In this document: one piece after another, positions 1 to 14,082 of the stretch
How the letters are laid out: each line of letters starts with the position of its first letter
Position numbering within the stretch: position 1 is the first letter of the stretch
Assembly (NCBI GenBank): GCA_051294905.1
Contig: CM119373.1
Span: 2,730,001 to 2,794,000 of the forward strand
DNA: 64,000 bases
Reading direction: 5' to 3'
DNA from: Botryllus schlosseri
Lineage: Eukaryota
Translations under genes and position numbers: made by a program
The notes under the pieces: model-generated
The model's input: the letters and a program-made list of their open reading frames with translations, nothing else
Told to the model about the DNA's origin: nothing
Database searches by the model: none

Positions 1-611
1 TTATACATTCCACAGGTAAATTCATTTGAGAACCGCATTCCTAAGACGATTTCTTCCTGATCGACTAGGCCAAAATGTTCTCGATAGAATTTGTTTCTTC
101 CTGCTTTAGATTTCAATACTTCAGGTATCAATCCCTGTTCTCTCAAGTGTTGGGATGTACAAGTGCTGCTATTGGTACTGATTGTTCTACCTACAAGAGG
201 AAAACAATTAGCACTGTTATTTGACTGGATAATATCTTCGAGTCCGGCATCACTCAATTTATGTAATGTCTGAAGTCGCAGGAATAAAGCTGCTGTTGGT
301 AAAATCGAAGTTATTTTAGAACAAGGGCCATTGTTTGATTCCTCAGCATTTCCATTTTCACCATTGGAAGCAGGTAACATATCATAGTCAGGAGGAGTAT
401 ATGCTTCACAGTGGAACAAGTCCGATTTCTTCACATTTTTATGTCTCCTTCTACAATGCCTACAGAGGTCCACATATTTTGGAAAAATTATGCCACAAAT
501 CCTGCATGATATGACCAGACTCGGATGTTGCGTATGGCGCCGCAATAAGTGTGAAGAGAGCGAATCAGCAGACCCAACAAAGGGGCACAACCAACACGCT
601 TTATTGGACAT
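1..611 (-). CDS. 5' part of a probable EnSpm/CACTA (CMC) transposase with two N-terminal C2H2 zinc fingers; runs off the window edge
   Basis: Manual translation from ATG 611 is open for 203 codons to the edge, so the ORF track misses it: MSNKACWLCPF...HLLRRH...CRICGIIFPKYVDLCRHCRRRH...AALFLRLQTLHKLSDAGLEDIIQ...LKSKAGRNKFYREHFGLVDQEEIVLG. The last two blocks resemble N-terminal motifs of animal EnSpm transposases (recalled). Confidence 0.7.
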   Translation of the reverse strand, partial: MSNKACWLCPFVGSADSLSSHLLRRHTQHPSLVISCRICGIIFPKYVDLCRHCRRRHKNVKKSDLFHCEAYTPPDYDMLPASNGENGNAEESNNGPCSKITSILPTAALFLRLQTLHKLSDAGLEDIIQSNNSANCFPLVGRTISTNSSTCTSQHLREQGLIPEVLKSKAGRNKFYREHFGLVDQEEIVLGMRFSNEFTCGMY

Positions 612-1487
612 AAAATAGCGAAAATGTCATATAATTGGATAAATGAGTGAGTAACCTGTAAAGCAAGATGCACATAACTTAGTCAAGAATTATAGTTAGA
701 TCACTAGGCATAAATCACAATTCCACCAACTTAGAGGATTAACTGATATTATGAAACTCAGTTTTGATACTACTGCAGCTTGGTGTAAAAGGCACTCTAC
801 TTATACTTCTCTCACTGCTTCTTGCTATTATAAGAACCCTCTTAACCACATAATCATAACATATCACATGTTGATATCCTTAAACGAATTACCTTCAATT
901 AAATCAATGTGTTCTCTCTTAATGCCGTTCGCAATCAAGAACCTCTCCATTCCTTCCGCCATTATGAAATCCGCGACACGTTCAACTACATCCGCAAAGT
1001 CACTGTACTGCGACTTACCGATCCGTCTACTTATGCGGTGTATTGACCTTTGACCCTGACTGAGTTCCCGCCGTTACCGAGAGAGGTGAAGCGTAAATGA
1101 GAGAGAGAGAGAGAATATATAGGGGTGTTTATTCAGTCAACAGTCAAAAGCAGAATGCACTGATAATAGCCACGCAGGTAACACTAAAAATTACTAACCA
1201 ACGTATTTCAGAATTACATGGTAATGACAATGATTGATTGATTGATTTCTTGATTGCTATACTTCTGATTTGCTACGGCAAATAGTCAATAATGAGGAAA
1301 CGCAATATAATGGAGGCCATAGTCAAAGACAATCATGTGGTGGTAATGATCAATTTATTCTGTCAGTTTGGTAGGAAGATAAAATGATAAGAGAAACGTT
1401 CACAAAACCTGGTAAATGCAAGAAAGCCACACACTAAAATAATGGAGCGACAGTGATGGAAAAGCAGTCCAATTAATGGCTTCTGAG

Positions 1488-1627
1488 CAATGTTCCCCCT
1501 TTGCTGCGCACGTGCACAATTGCGCAGAGTTACGCACACGCCACGGTTACGCACTGTTGTCTAATGGACCACGCAGTGAGTAGGTGAGCGCTTGCTGCAG
1601 ACTCATCAAAAATTAGAGGGAACATTC
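1488..1627. mobile_element. 140-bp hAT-type MITE
   Basis: Imperfect TIR caatgttccccct / agagggaacattc; exact 8-bp TSD CTTCTGAG at 1480-1487 and 1628-1635. Confidence 0.85.
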
Positions 1628-4600
1628 CTTCTGAGCTATATGTAAACGGGCTATAAAGCACGCATCACTCACAATAAAGTCGTTAATGCCGTTCAACATC
1701 TATTATGGAAATGCTGCATCACTTGAGTGGCTACATCTTACAGCTTATTTCTTCCCCTACAAATAACCCAGCGGGAGCAAACGGGCCCCAGGGTCATTGG
1801 CTTTACTGATGACGTCATGATCGGCACACGAGTGTTGGCTGTATATACCCTGCCTTTGATGATCTGGTAATCCACCAGTGACATTATGATAAGTTTTAGA
1901 AAGCAGCGTTTCCAGCGTCGACCTCACAATCCCTTTCAACCTTACTGATCTCAAAACTCGTGCGGACCAGACTATTAAAATGTATGCGTAAACTCTTTCA
2001 TATTGACCAAAGCCCGTGACAGCTGATAAGATGTGAGCAGAAGCACATATTTCGTAACTGGTTCTGATGAAGTGTGGACTTGCACATATTATGACACCAC
2101 TGCGGTGAAAGATTTCGGTCGACTTTGTGTGTTTGTCCCATATTGCATCTGTGAATGCACAATTTTGTGTCTAAATTGACGCTTTCCACTTAGAGTGTAA
2201 GTTAACATGGCAATGGAACCACTCCGAAATAGCCGTCATGGCCAGTTGTTCCTAACAAAATGACCAATTGACCATGATAATGGAAATTATATCGAGCGAT
2301 TATCCGGAACTACGCCGATTTTAAGACTAGCATTTAAATTGTATTTCCGGAATCAGGGCACCAATAGCTTTCGATTAAGATCAGTATTGTTACATTTGAG
2401 CGCTCGGAGGGCCTTGCCAACTATAGGATGACCAAGACCAATCATGCTGCTTTTAGCTGGCTCAGCAGTAGGCTTGTCTGCGTATTCAAGTGTGAGAACT
2501 AAGTTGCGCATCTATTCGTAGGTTAGTGATCTATAATCTGGGTTACGATTTGGTACAGCAGACCGAGATAGCTGTGAAGGTAAACCAGTGCTAGGAATTG
2601 CTTAAGTTGGTAATAATTGTCAGATTGACAGATTGTGCTTAAATTTATACAAGTGTTAATTAAGACTCGAAAATAAAACGTGTCAAGAGAGTGGACTTTT
2701 CTTTAGAAAGAAGAAGAAAGCAAGACAAGCAGAAATACGCCTCCCCTATGTTCACAATACATTCGTTCGCTATTTCTTGTCTTTATTATTTTTGGCCTTA
2801 TAAACGTTGAGACGGTGACGCTGAAACGCGGCGTATTATTTGTAATTATTTTTATTGACAAGATTGCTTGAACAGGAATCTATGTCGAAATTTGCTGCGG
2901 TCTACTTAGGGGGGCGGCATTTTAATCGAGAGCCAGGGGCGGCAGCACATGCTGCTACGCCAGTGACTACACGGAGATGGATATACGTGCAAAATCGCGA
3001 GTGCCATAGTAGCGAGTTTCAAAACAGCGAACGCCATAATATCGAGGCATATAAAATAATCATGGTGTGAAAACAGTGAGGGTAAAAATGGCGATGTAGG
3101 CTATTCAAAGTAACACAGTGATTCTTCACCGGGGTTCCTTGAACCAGTCTCAGGTCAGGTGTCACGCCAGAGATCAAGACAAACACTTAACTCATAAATA
3201 TGATAAATATGATAACACGCTAGTCTTGACAATTATAGGAGTGATTAGTCGTAGAATCGTGACTGAATCGCGTGCAGTTCGAAACCGACACCCGGTGTTC
3301 TGTAATACCGATTAAATCTCCAATATCCACCATATGGTTAGGCTTAGCTTGGGTTCCGAACAGTTTAGCTGATATTGCGGTTAGAATGAGGGCACTAGTG
3401 TAAGGTTCGGGCTTACTTCGGTTATTTTGAATGATTCACTATCATGACAATCGCTATTTCGAATTACAGTTTTGTTGCTTGCTGTTATGACATAACGAGT
3501 TTTGAACGAGGGCCAGACGCGTGATAGATGTCCTGACTGTATTGATTGTTATTGCATGCCTGCCATATGATTCTGTATGCCAGACCTACAATACCCGATC
3601 CTGCAATTTGCCCAGGTGAGCATGTTTCATTGTCCATTTCTATAAACCTTTAGAAATTGTTTACAGTTGACAAAGCACTAATAATTCAACCGAATATTCT
3701 ATAGATACGGACTCATATTAAAATCTTCATGATTAATTGAAAAATTGAACTGTTTTAAATTTTTTCAAATCTACCATGGCATGTTAATCAAGAAAGACAT
3801 GCGTATATCCACATTTAAATTCAAAAAATATATACGAATGAATATCAATATAACATAGAACTAAAATTGTGTTCGTTTAATATAAGTTAAGAGGTTGCAG
3901 AAACAGCATATTCAGCACTTCTTTTATAGATATTGTTCATCGCACACTATTTTAATTGATGTAAATAATTGAGTATTGATGCTACACAACCTAATCATTC
4001 ACGGGTACCAGGTGCTCTGTGTGACTTCCAAATACTGCCCTATAGCGATAATATATCGCATGTGTGTATATCATGCTGATTTACGGTTTTTACATATTAT
4101 CTTTTTGCCTAAAATATATTGCTTGAATTGACTTTGGTGTTTCATCGGCACCGAGTCTACAAAATATATAGTCGAAGAAAAACAATCAAACCAATGATAT
4201 CATTAAATGATGATGTATCCGTGTGAGAAAAGTCCGTCTTCACGGTAGAAATTATTTCCCGTTTTTTCGGGTTGATGGTTGACATTACATAATATGCTTG
4301 CATTTACCAATATCTAGTTTGACGCCACAGAACATAAACTATCGGTAATCGGCCCTATAACACGGGCAAGTCGAGGTTTATTACGGGCGAGGAAAGGTTC
4401 TGCCAGCATGTAGTTACAGACCATTTGACAGGGTTAAGCGATAGGATTATAATGGAAGTATTTGCCATCACAATGTGTCATCGGAAGCACATCTCCACTA
4501 TTTAGCACACATGTTCAGAGTATGAATAGGCGTCATCGCCAACAATGCCATGTATAATAATACCCCTATATTATAATGAGTCAAGTGTCTGAAAAATACA

Positions 4601-5200
4601 AAATTATCGTTAATGTGATGTTGAACTGGCATTGCGTTCTTTGTGGTATCGTAAAAGGTATATATTTGAGCTTTCCACATATTCCATACTCTCAAAACGT
4701 CATAATAAGCGATACTACAACACTCGACTCGACGCATATATAATCTACATAACACCACAATAATTTGGTATTTTTTTCAATCACACCGATATTTCATTAC
4801 GCTTTGTGATATTGCTGTAGTTTAATCGCGACTTCATAGATGTGACATATCCTGTGATACGAGCAATCTAGATTTCAAGGCTTACACAGTGGAAATAGTA
4901 TCGAAATTATTTATTTCTCGTTGATAAATATACTTTTATTGGCAGCAGGGTATAAATCAAAACATGAAACAAATCATCCCGTACTGATCAACTGGAATCA
5001 TTAGAAATAATACTCGTATTGGCGTCCAGTATGCTCGAATCATTATCCCAGCGATACTTTTAATTCCTGAGCCGCGCCCAGCAAAATATTCATTCACAGC
5101 CAAAACACTTGCCTGTGGCTGAATTTAGTAGGTTTGACACATCGCTTCGCTTACATATAGAATTTCACTGTGAACACCACCCGGATGTTTGTCAACATAA

Positions 5201-5265
5201 TCAATGGAATGGCTTGATCCAAACATTGAGCAATGGCTTGATCCAAACTTTGGGCAATGGCTTAG
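5201..5265. repeat. 24-bp tandem repeat, about 2.5 copies
   Basis: aatggcttgatccaaacattgagc / aatggcttgatccaaactttgggc / aatggctt. Confidence 0.75.
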
Positions 5266-5310
5266 AAAGCCTGATGTGTCACTTTGATCAAAATGGTTGG
5301 CCACTGCTGG

Positions 5311-5842
5311 TAGGGCCGGCCAACGCGTGGCCCGCGAGAGGGTTTTGAGTGGCCGGCGAGAGACCTTTGAGTGGCCCGCGAGGCAATTCTCGAAATTAGT
5401 TGGAATAAAAAAAAAAAATTACCCTGGTTATCGTCAACTTGCAGGACCAACCAAAAATTGGATTAGCCTGACTTTGGGATGTTGATGACTAAAATATCAG
5501 TTCCGACGTATTGGCGTAGCCAGGGGCCATCCACATTTTCGCAGATCTTTGTATATGACCATAAAGTAAAATATTTCTTGTTGATTTAATTGACTTGATA
5601 TTTTATTCTTTCATTAACTTTGAACAAATTTCGCGCTTGGCGCGGCTAGAACATGTTAACAGAGTTTTCATGACATAATTGTCATCGACCTTGATGTTTA
5701 GTAATATAAGGCCCTTTTTACCGTAACTTAATCTGGTTGGCTCGTATCAGTCGACTAAAAAATGTACATGGACATTCTAGTGGCCCGCGCAATGATCGTA
5801 AATCTCATGTGGTCCTTTGGCCGAAAGGGTTGGCCACCCCTG
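5311..5842. mobile_element. Charlie/Buster-type hAT MITE
   Basis: Ends tagggccggccaac / gttggccacccctg with subterminal ggcccgcg motifs; no TSD found. Confidence 0.65.
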
Positions 5843-6078
5843 ATCTAATTTATGGCCAGCCCGATATACGTTATGAACGCTACGTCAGATTCATATTTTG
5901 TAAAAATCCTAGGACAGACAAAACCAGTGAAAATAATCGTGCCAGACAATTTCTCGTCCATATAATCGAGCATGCACGGTAAAGGCTGATTCATTGGATA
6001 ATTATTAATAAAAACATCGATGAACTTGCAAAAATAAGTCGGTTTGCCACCAGGAGATGTTTATTACAGACTTTAATC

Positions 6079-6916
6079 CAGCGGTGTCCAACTCAAATTG
6101 CGTCGCGGGCCGGATTTAAGGCTTCAACTCACCCGCGGGCCGACCGGTGAACTGATTCCAAAATGTTACCTCCTGCCCTTTCTTTTCACTTGAATACTTT
6201 ATTATCAAGCATATATGGTTATTACACGGCTAGAAGGGGTTCTATTCTAGCATGTCGCAACACCTTTATTCGCGTATGATGGAATAGGCAAAATATGAAG
6301 ATTGTCCGGTTGAATACAGTTTAGAATCGATAAAACGGTGGCGCTAACGACGATATAAATTGGCATATTTTTATGCTTCATTTGCTGTGGTTGTAATCTG
6401 GCATTAACTCAGTGTATGCGCTTTGAGGAATACAAAATATTCGAGTGCAAACACGGACGTTGGAATTTGGATTATTATTAATATTATTGAATCGCAAATC
6501 GGGTTTCTCTTAAGTCCAGGAACCTAACTGGTGGGAAGTGACACAGCATTGAGATCATAGATATTCGAATTATATATTGGCGTTTTCGCTTCTGTGAATA
6601 ACTACTTTTTGATCCATTTTTCATAAAACTCAGAACTCAGTGTGCAGTTTTTGCCTTCTCGAATTAGATATAGTGAAACGACAACGCTGTGGTCGGGTGG
6701 TTATAATGTGGTCAATGAACTTTGAACATGGTCGACACTTGCAGTCTTGAAGGAATATTCAATGAACGCATTTCCTGCAAAACATTTCAACATTTGGTAC
6801 AAATGTGCTGCATAATATAAATATAGTTTCCAATCTACTAAGAATCGTTTCGCGGGACAATTGAAATCATCTTGCAGGCCCAATGCGGCCCGCGGGCTGT
6901 ATGTTTGACATCCTTG
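6079..6916. mobile_element. Charlie/Buster-type hAT MITE
   Basis: Ends cagcggtgtccaac / gtttgacatccttg, gcgggccg motifs, TSD CTTTAATC / CTCTAATC (7/8). Confidence 0.8.
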
Positions 6917-7904
6917 CTCTAATCAATCAGGATTGTGGTTTGTTATTACCCGACATCTCGCCGGCACATACTTTGAAACACTTTGCGCGAAAAACAACAT
7001 TTCCTACGAATTTCTTGAATGATCACTGATGTTTTTCGTGAATAATCTGCAGAATGAGCCTTTGCGAAGCAGCATTGTCGATGGTTTACAGGTTTTTAAC
7101 ACTCCCAAGATACAGTTATGGAAAGAAAATGATATCCTACGAGTAAGACGGTATCGTTTCACTAACGAGATTTACAGGAAACTCCCCCATCGAAACACAT
7201 ATTAATCTCATATATACGATCGGATATTGCTGGACTATCCGAGACTAATAATCTATATCCATTGTAACTGATATATACAACAGCTGCAACAGTATCAGAC
7301 GACTTGTTTTGTTTACTTTTACTTGAATATAATGATTTCCTCCAACGCAAGCCTCGGTTAGTGCAGCTATCACAGGCAGAGCATATTGCCTAACTCGAAA
7401 TAGAGAGTCGTTGACTCGTTGCTTACGACCATTAAGGAATATGCACTTTGTATGTTGTTTGGATACTGGCTCGCGAAACGAGAATTCAGTAGCTCTTAAG
7501 ACATACCTTGTACACCATGGTTTTCCACATTTTAAAATACGGGGAAGGCATTCATCTCTGTCACGAGATTTTATCACTCCGCATGTTCTGATATTCATTG
7601 TCTGGTTTAATCATGTATTCGAGGATGAACTTCTACCCTCCTCTGCATCCTTTGGCACTTCTGTCTATTAATCCATTGCATTGTAAATACATGGGTGGAA
7701 AACATTTTATTAGCAAACTGTTCATCATGATATTGGCAGCAAATCATCATCAGCACTCTTTGATGCCAAAATTTGCTTTCACACCCAATCCAATGGGCCA
7801 AACCGAGAAAAATGCACCAATCCTGATGGATATATTTACCAGGCGTATAATGGGTCATTCCTATGTGCTCAAACAACTTATAATTACCGGTTTTTGAGTA
7901 ATTA

Positions 7905-8035
7905 TAGTTCTAGTTCCAAATTTTGAAAATTAGGTAGTTGTAGTTCTAGTTGCGGATTCTGAAAATTGAGTAGTTGTAGTTCTAGTTCTAGTTGCAGATT
8001 TTAAAAAGTAAGAAGGTTTAGTTCTAGTTCCAGCT
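7905..8035. repeat. ~36-42 bp tandem repeat (agttctagttgc...aaaa), probably a MITE subterminal array
   Basis: 3-4 copies of agttctagtt(c/g)c...ttttgaaaattgagtagttgt. Confidence 0.6.
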
Positions 8036-8096
8036 AATCCGTGTCATAACTTTTTTCGTTAACTGGCGATGTCTTCATCCAAACTCTACCATAGGC

Positions 8097-8997
8097 CAGA
8101 GTTGGGATGACCCGAGACATGACTTGACTCGAGTCAGACTCGATTCACCTTTTTCGTATGACTTGACTTGGCTCGAGTCACTTTTCTAAAATGACTTGAC
8201 TTGACTCGGCGTATCATAAATGCGGATTGACTCGTGACTCGGAGCAAAATTCACGAGTCAATTTCAAGTCATCAAGTAATCGGTGTCGATAAAAATCCTT
8301 GTATCTTGAATATGTTCGGATTGTTCGCGAAACGCTGGTGATACCCTTGAAAGCGACCAATCATTCACTGATCGAGCATTTAAGTGAGCCTCGATTGTTC
8401 TCTCATAAATAAATTGATCGCAAACGGAGTGATCGAAGCTGACAGCTTACGTTGTCGTAAACTCTAGCAGTAAAGTAATAAAATATGAAAATGTATAGTT
8501 CTGTTCTCTGTTCTTACCTTTACCAAACCTCTTGTTTTATTGAAATTGAATTCGAAAATAGTTTATATTGTCCTCAACCATTAGCGCATGCTCGAATTTT
8601 ATCATATCTATTTGTAAATGGGCAATGTATTGCATCTGATCAATTCGTTTCACTATTCTCTATTATGGCTGGTAACTATAAACTGAGGCTATGCAATTAC
8701 TTACGTAGTTTAACAGTTCCACGTATATATGAGCGATATAGCGCCTTCTTGCATGTATATTTACCTCTATATTCGTTCATCGGATTGGAATCAATGACCA
8801 CTTAATCTGTATTTCAGATAGCTAGCAAATTGCAATGACGTAATCATGCTTCATACTTCAAAAAGGCAACTTGACTTGAAATGTGACTTGACTCGAATCA
8901 CTTTTGAAAATCGATTGACTAGACTTGACTCGAGTCAAAATGTGCAATGACTCGAAACTACTCGTGACTCGAAGGTAGTTACTTGATCCCAACACTG
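8097..8997 (+). mobile_element. hAT MITE family B (GACTCGAGTC/GACTT subterminal arrays), copy 1
   Basis: TIR cagagttgggat / atcccaacactg; exact TSD CCATAGGC. Confidence 0.9.
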
Positions 8998-9423
8998 CCA
9001 TAGGCCCGTGTAATGATGGTAACGGCTGAAAAAAGCATCCCTGCATCTTCAGGCATTTTTGCTCATGTTGGAGTGACGAACTTTTCCACTGTAAATATTA
9101 TTATTTCAAAAATTACTGAAGTTTCGAATTGGCTGACCTCGGCATCTACTGGTTTAAATTGAGTGAAATTTGTCGTGCAACGTGTTTTTAGGTAACCTTA
9201 TGATTTGCCGACCAAGCCGATCAAATTTTTAAAAAAATATTATTTTTTTAACCCCCCTAGTGTCCACTGTTCTATAATGGCCATAAAATCTATTACATTG
9301 ATAATAATCTGTGCATTTATGCATAGTATGCTATGCTTCGTCAGTATTTGAATGTATCTTGCAATGCGTTCAGAATTGGTAGCATTTTGAGGGATTGTTT
9401 CATGTTTGCTTGTAATGATTTTC

Positions 9424-9904
9424 TAGGGCTTGGCCCTAGTGTGATTGATTGAGTGATTCGATTCTGAATCATATATTATGCTTCGAGTCGAGTCGAGTCG
9501 AGTAATTGAGTATCATTCATTATGACGTCACAGCAGAATACAATATGTCCAAGTTGAAATATGTACCTTTTATGCCAGCACAAATAATATAATGCATTAC
9601 ATTAATGATACTTTGGTATTATTTCGACCATACCGATTGCGTTGCACTTCGTGACAATGTTGTGGGGTGATCATGTCTTCGGAAGTGTGTGATTTAAAGT
9701 AATGTTCGTGGCTTTGTACAATATGTTTCGCACGTAGTAGAAAATAGAACCGAGACCACAATTATCGTTGATAAATTAAGTTGCAATGGCGAGGAGCGTA
9801 TAATTTCAGTACTCGAAAAAAATCGTCTTTTACTACTCGACTCGAATCATTAAAATTAATACTCGATTCCAATTCGAGTACTCGAATCATGGTGCCTAGC
9901 CCTA
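9424..9904 (+). mobile_element. hAT MITE family N (TAGGGCTGGGC, TCGAGT motifs)
   Basis: Ends tagggcttggc / gcctagcccta; homologous in reverse to 49325-49838 and 59664-60156; TSD not preserved. Confidence 0.75.
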
Positions 9905-10708
9905 TTCATGACCCACATTATAAGTCGGCCCTTATTAAAGTACTCTTAGATATGTGGAAAGAAATGTGTTTGTGACGTCATGAGGAAAAGTAAAAAGACT
10001 TGCAAGTGATATACGTAAATGTTCATGCGGATATTAAATCAGTTCCAGATTGGTTTCCGGTCAATGCTAGGATTTGTTACCGTTGCTCCTTAGTTATCGG
10101 CCTCGAAGGGCGCTATCTACAAACTGGCCATTCGGGGAGCTGAGACCAAAAGTGGTTGTTTATATGCAGCATAGAAATCAGTCTTGGATATCCATTAATT
10201 AATTTATATCTATAGTTTGTACTAACATGAATACGTGGGCACGTCATTCGCTTTTGTACTAGGCGCTTTCAATGTGAAATCGTCATCAACACTCTTCCCA
10301 GACGTTCATTGGCATGGGATAGTGATTTTAGTAACCAATCAACCATAACGGCAAAAAGTTTTCGTTAGTGAGACTTATCGTAGACAAAATTATGAACGCA
10401 TGTACAACGAGTATGATGAATTTTTAAAAACCTAATGCACTACAATGACGCGCAAAGACATTTGAACGTAATTAGCTTGCGTGGAGCCTGTGAAGTATAG
10501 TAAAATAAACAGGCCATAAGCGCTAACTTCGTTTGTGTGAGCAATCTGAAAAGCAACTTTTTTTTGCTGATAGGTTGTAGGGGGCGTTTGATACCTGGAA
10601 TTTTGTCCGAGGGGCCGCTGTGTTGGACAAGTCTGGAAGCAACTGTGTTAGACCATTATGATAAAATCAAGATTGTTATGTTCGTGCCTTTTACGTTGGT
10701 ATCGTTTG

Positions 10709-11698
10709 CAGTGTTGGGATCAAGTCACTACCTTCGAGTCACGAGTCATCTCGAGTCATTGCAGATTTTGACTCGAGTCAAGTCAAGTCAATCAATTTTC
10801 GAAGGTGACTCGAGTCAAGTCAAGTCACTCGATTTTTGGAGGTGACTCGAGTCAAGTCGAGTCAAGTCAAGTCAAGTCACGAGTCAAGTCACAATTCAAG
10901 TCAAATTGAATCTTCGACGTATGAGTGATGATTCAAAGTGATAACATTTTGCCAGCTGCGTGAAAGAGATTAATTGGCCATTTAGCTTGAATCAAATAAC
11001 GAATATAAAGTTAAATATACAAGGAAAAAGGCGATGTATCGCACGCGCACACGTAGAACTTGCTAATAGAATACGTGATTAACTAGTTACATGCTACAGT
11101 CTGTTACTATCAGCCAAAATGAAGGATCGAATACGAAGCTTCGAGAAGTTTAAACAAATTGATATGGTACATACACTACCCATCTACAACACACATCCGT
11201 GAGAATATAAACGCATAAACTATATTCATTCGATTTAAATCATAGAGGAGGGTTGGTAAAGGTGAGCACTGCTCAATGTAAGCGCTGAGCCGACTAAGAA
11301 ACAGAGATACGTTTCTATTAATCTACTACTACTACGACGACAACGTAAGCCATTATCATTTCGTTTGCGGTCAATTTATTTGTGATGTAACAATGGAAGA
11401 CCAGTGGAACGTACAATAAGTGAATGACTGGTTGCTCTCACAAGTGTCAGCGCCGTATCGCGAATAATCCGAACGTACACATGATGCAATGATTTAGTCG
11501 ACACAGGTTGCTTATTGATGACTTGAAATTGACTCGTAAATTTTGCTCCGAGTCACGAGTCAATCCACATTTTTGAAGCGTCGAGTCAAGTCAAGTCAAG
11601 TCATTTTTGCAACGTGACTCGAGTCAAGTCAAGTCATACGAAAAAGTTGACTCGAGTCTGACTCGAGTCAAGTCATGACTCGAGTCATCCCAACACTG
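10709..11698 (-). mobile_element. hAT MITE family B, copy 2 (inverted, more diverged)
   Basis: TIR cagtgttgggat / atcccaacactg; reverse-complement homology to 8097-8997. Confidence 0.85.
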
Positions 11699-11864
11699 AA
11701 TTCATTTGTCTCCCATTGGTATAATATTAGTAATTCGCGCCTATCATTATTTCCTCGTGCGTCGTGAATCGTATTTATACCCTTGTGTTCTGTTGTCTAC
11801 TGTCTTTCGTTTAACTGTACTCTTGATCGTGTCGCCTTATCCTAATTTACGTTCATTCGGCCGT

Positions 11865-11985
11865 ATGTTGCTGTTGTTGTACTAAGGGTCAGCTATCTTC
11901 ATCAAGTTGAATGTTGCTGTGCCTGCTATCTTCATCAAGTTGTATGTTGCTGTTGTTACACTATTTGTCAGCTATCTTCATTATC
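11865..11985. repeat. Short degenerate tandem repeat
   Basis: Three copies of atgttgctgt...gctatcttcat(caagttg). Confidence 0.6.
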
Positions 11986-12317
11986 TGAGTGTGCTATTAT
12001 GTAATCAAAGTCATGGAACACCTGTATGAATTACAACGATTAGCCTCATTTGACATCCGATTAGACAGGCTTCTGCGCCTATAATCGGCAGCGAAGGATT
12101 CAGACTGCCGCGCACAATCACCTGTCTTAAAGTTATTCTGCTGATAATATACTGATTTCATAGTGAAACTTCGTCGTATGAGCTCGAATACGATCAGGAT
12201 GAAAAAAATGTTCCGGAATTTCCTAATTCTAGAACAGTGGTTCGGAACCTGCGTGACTTCGCGACACCCTCTCAAAGGGAAAATACTTCTCGTCACCTTT
12301 CAACACTTCGAGTACCC

Positions 12318-12520
12318 GGGGTGGCAAGTAGCGTAGTGGTACGTTGCATCATTGCAACACAAATGTGTTGACGATTCGCGTCCGACCAAGGTCCCTATCC
12401 AAAGGGCTTCTCCAAGCCATCTGATCTATACGCTTGCATCTCAGGAATCATAATAACCAATCTCGGTCTGGTGTAACTGACCATGTCGTAATGCCACGAA
12501 CACACAATAACAACGAGTAT
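12318..12520 (+). mobile_element. Possible tRNA-derived SINE
   Basis: Pol III box A-like TAGCGTAGTGG (12329-12339) and box B-like GATTCGCGTCC (12373-12383) at tRNA-like spacing; no intact cloverleaf seen; 3' end uncertain. Confidence 0.4.
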
Positions 12521-12916
12521 GATGAGTGCAAAATGCGGATGGATGAGCACTAAACATCAGATATTAAACACATGTCATGTTGCTGTTCAGCCCCTGGTTC
12601 TGAGGAGATTGGCCAGAAAAAAGGTCCACACTTCGGCCAAACCTCAACATCATGGTCGAATTCCCCGAGCTAGCACTTCCATTATCCTATTGTACGTTGA
12701 CGAGTTTGGATGCCACCGCCATTGACGGTGAAGACCCTTCCTTCAGTCGCCGTGTTCACAGTATCCTTACCAATAGAAAAGGACCCAATCAAGTACGAAA
12801 TCGACCAAGGCCGTGTGATGACTCATCAGCATGCATGATTCAGAAACAACCGGAATGGTGTGTCATAGACTACCAACTAGAATTTTGTCAGATTTGTCAG
12901 ATTATTAGGTATATAA

Positions 12917-13933
12917 TAGGGATGGTGTGAACTTGAGGTTCACGTTCGCGTTCTGTATGTGAACCTCGGAAATTTAGAGGTTCGCGTCCACAACAGAACC
13001 TTGGTAGGTTCTGCACTGTGAACCTTTCACAGTGCAGATTTTTTCATATATTACAATTTTCACTCCATTATGACATTTTTGGTTCCAATTTATTGCATTT
13101 CAACTGCGCGCCACTCTATACACGACGCTGGCAGCATAAAAAATCAACACAAAACAAGCATGCACCTTGAAAATCTAAGAGATTCTATACTTGCTTTATT
13201 ACAAAAGTTTGCTTGAAATATCCAGCTTTCCGTTTGTGAATATTCAGTGACTCTCTGCTGTGAGCTTGAACCGAAATCACACAACATCACGAGCGACATG
13301 CTGTACACGTAGTCAGCGAATGATGCTTATTTAACCTATCAATGAGATTGATATCGTGTTTTTGATGTAACAAATCTAGCAGGCATACAAGGTCAATCCT
13401 GACTTCATATGTTTACTGTATCATTAAAACCAAATTCGTGCGATTGAGGTGTTGGCTACAGCTGTATAACTTGCGACGTAGCCTAATATCGGTAGCAAGT
13501 ATAGAAACCTGTTTTACACTCTGCCCAATATCAATGTAGCAATACTCAGATGCCAAATATATTGTCCGGTCTGGCCTCGACCGTTGAGGCGTAAGCTTAT
13601 ATTCCCTGGCAACTCCTCGTCGAAATTGTTGGCAAAGCGACGGATGATATTGATTTTATGGGAGTAATATATCATTTGATTGCCTCAGTTGATACATTTA
13701 GCGACGGTTCAAACGCCAATATGTACTTCAGCATTGTGTCATTATGTGGCCCGGGTCGTCGCTAGGTATCGTGTACTTTAATATAGGCTATCACTTCATT
13801 GAAATGTAGGGTTCTAATTAGCAATATGACGTCACGTGACGTCATGAGGTTCACGTTCGCGTTCACACAGAACCTTTCAAAAAGGTTCGCGTTCACACGA
13901 ACCTGAACATTTCAGAGGTTCACACCATCCCTA
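12917..13933 (+). mobile_element. hAT (Ac-like) MITE family A, copy 1
   Basis: TIR TAGGGATGGTGTGAAC; exact TSD GTATATAA; gttcac/gtgaac subterminal motifs. Confidence 0.92.
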
Positions 13934-14082
13934 GTATATAACGAGGCCATGATTGTTTTAGGAAATCATTTTGTAGGCAAAACTTCATTCTATATTGAGT
14001 GTACAGTAGAGAGAATTACGCCGGATAAGATTATGTTTTCAATAGGAAATAATCCATCATCACGAATACAAAAGAGCCTCGA

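Noticed and set aside
1099..1113. (GA)n microsatellite
   Set aside because: Short and unremarkable.
8100..11700. Dense GACTCGAGTC/GACTT repeats resembling a CRISPR-like array
   Set aside because: Irregular spacing, no unique spacers; they are subterminal motifs of TIR- and TSD-bounded MITEs.
12318..12400. Functional tRNA gene
   Set aside because: Box B is degenerate and no acceptor stem or cloverleaf could be built; kept only as a possible SINE.
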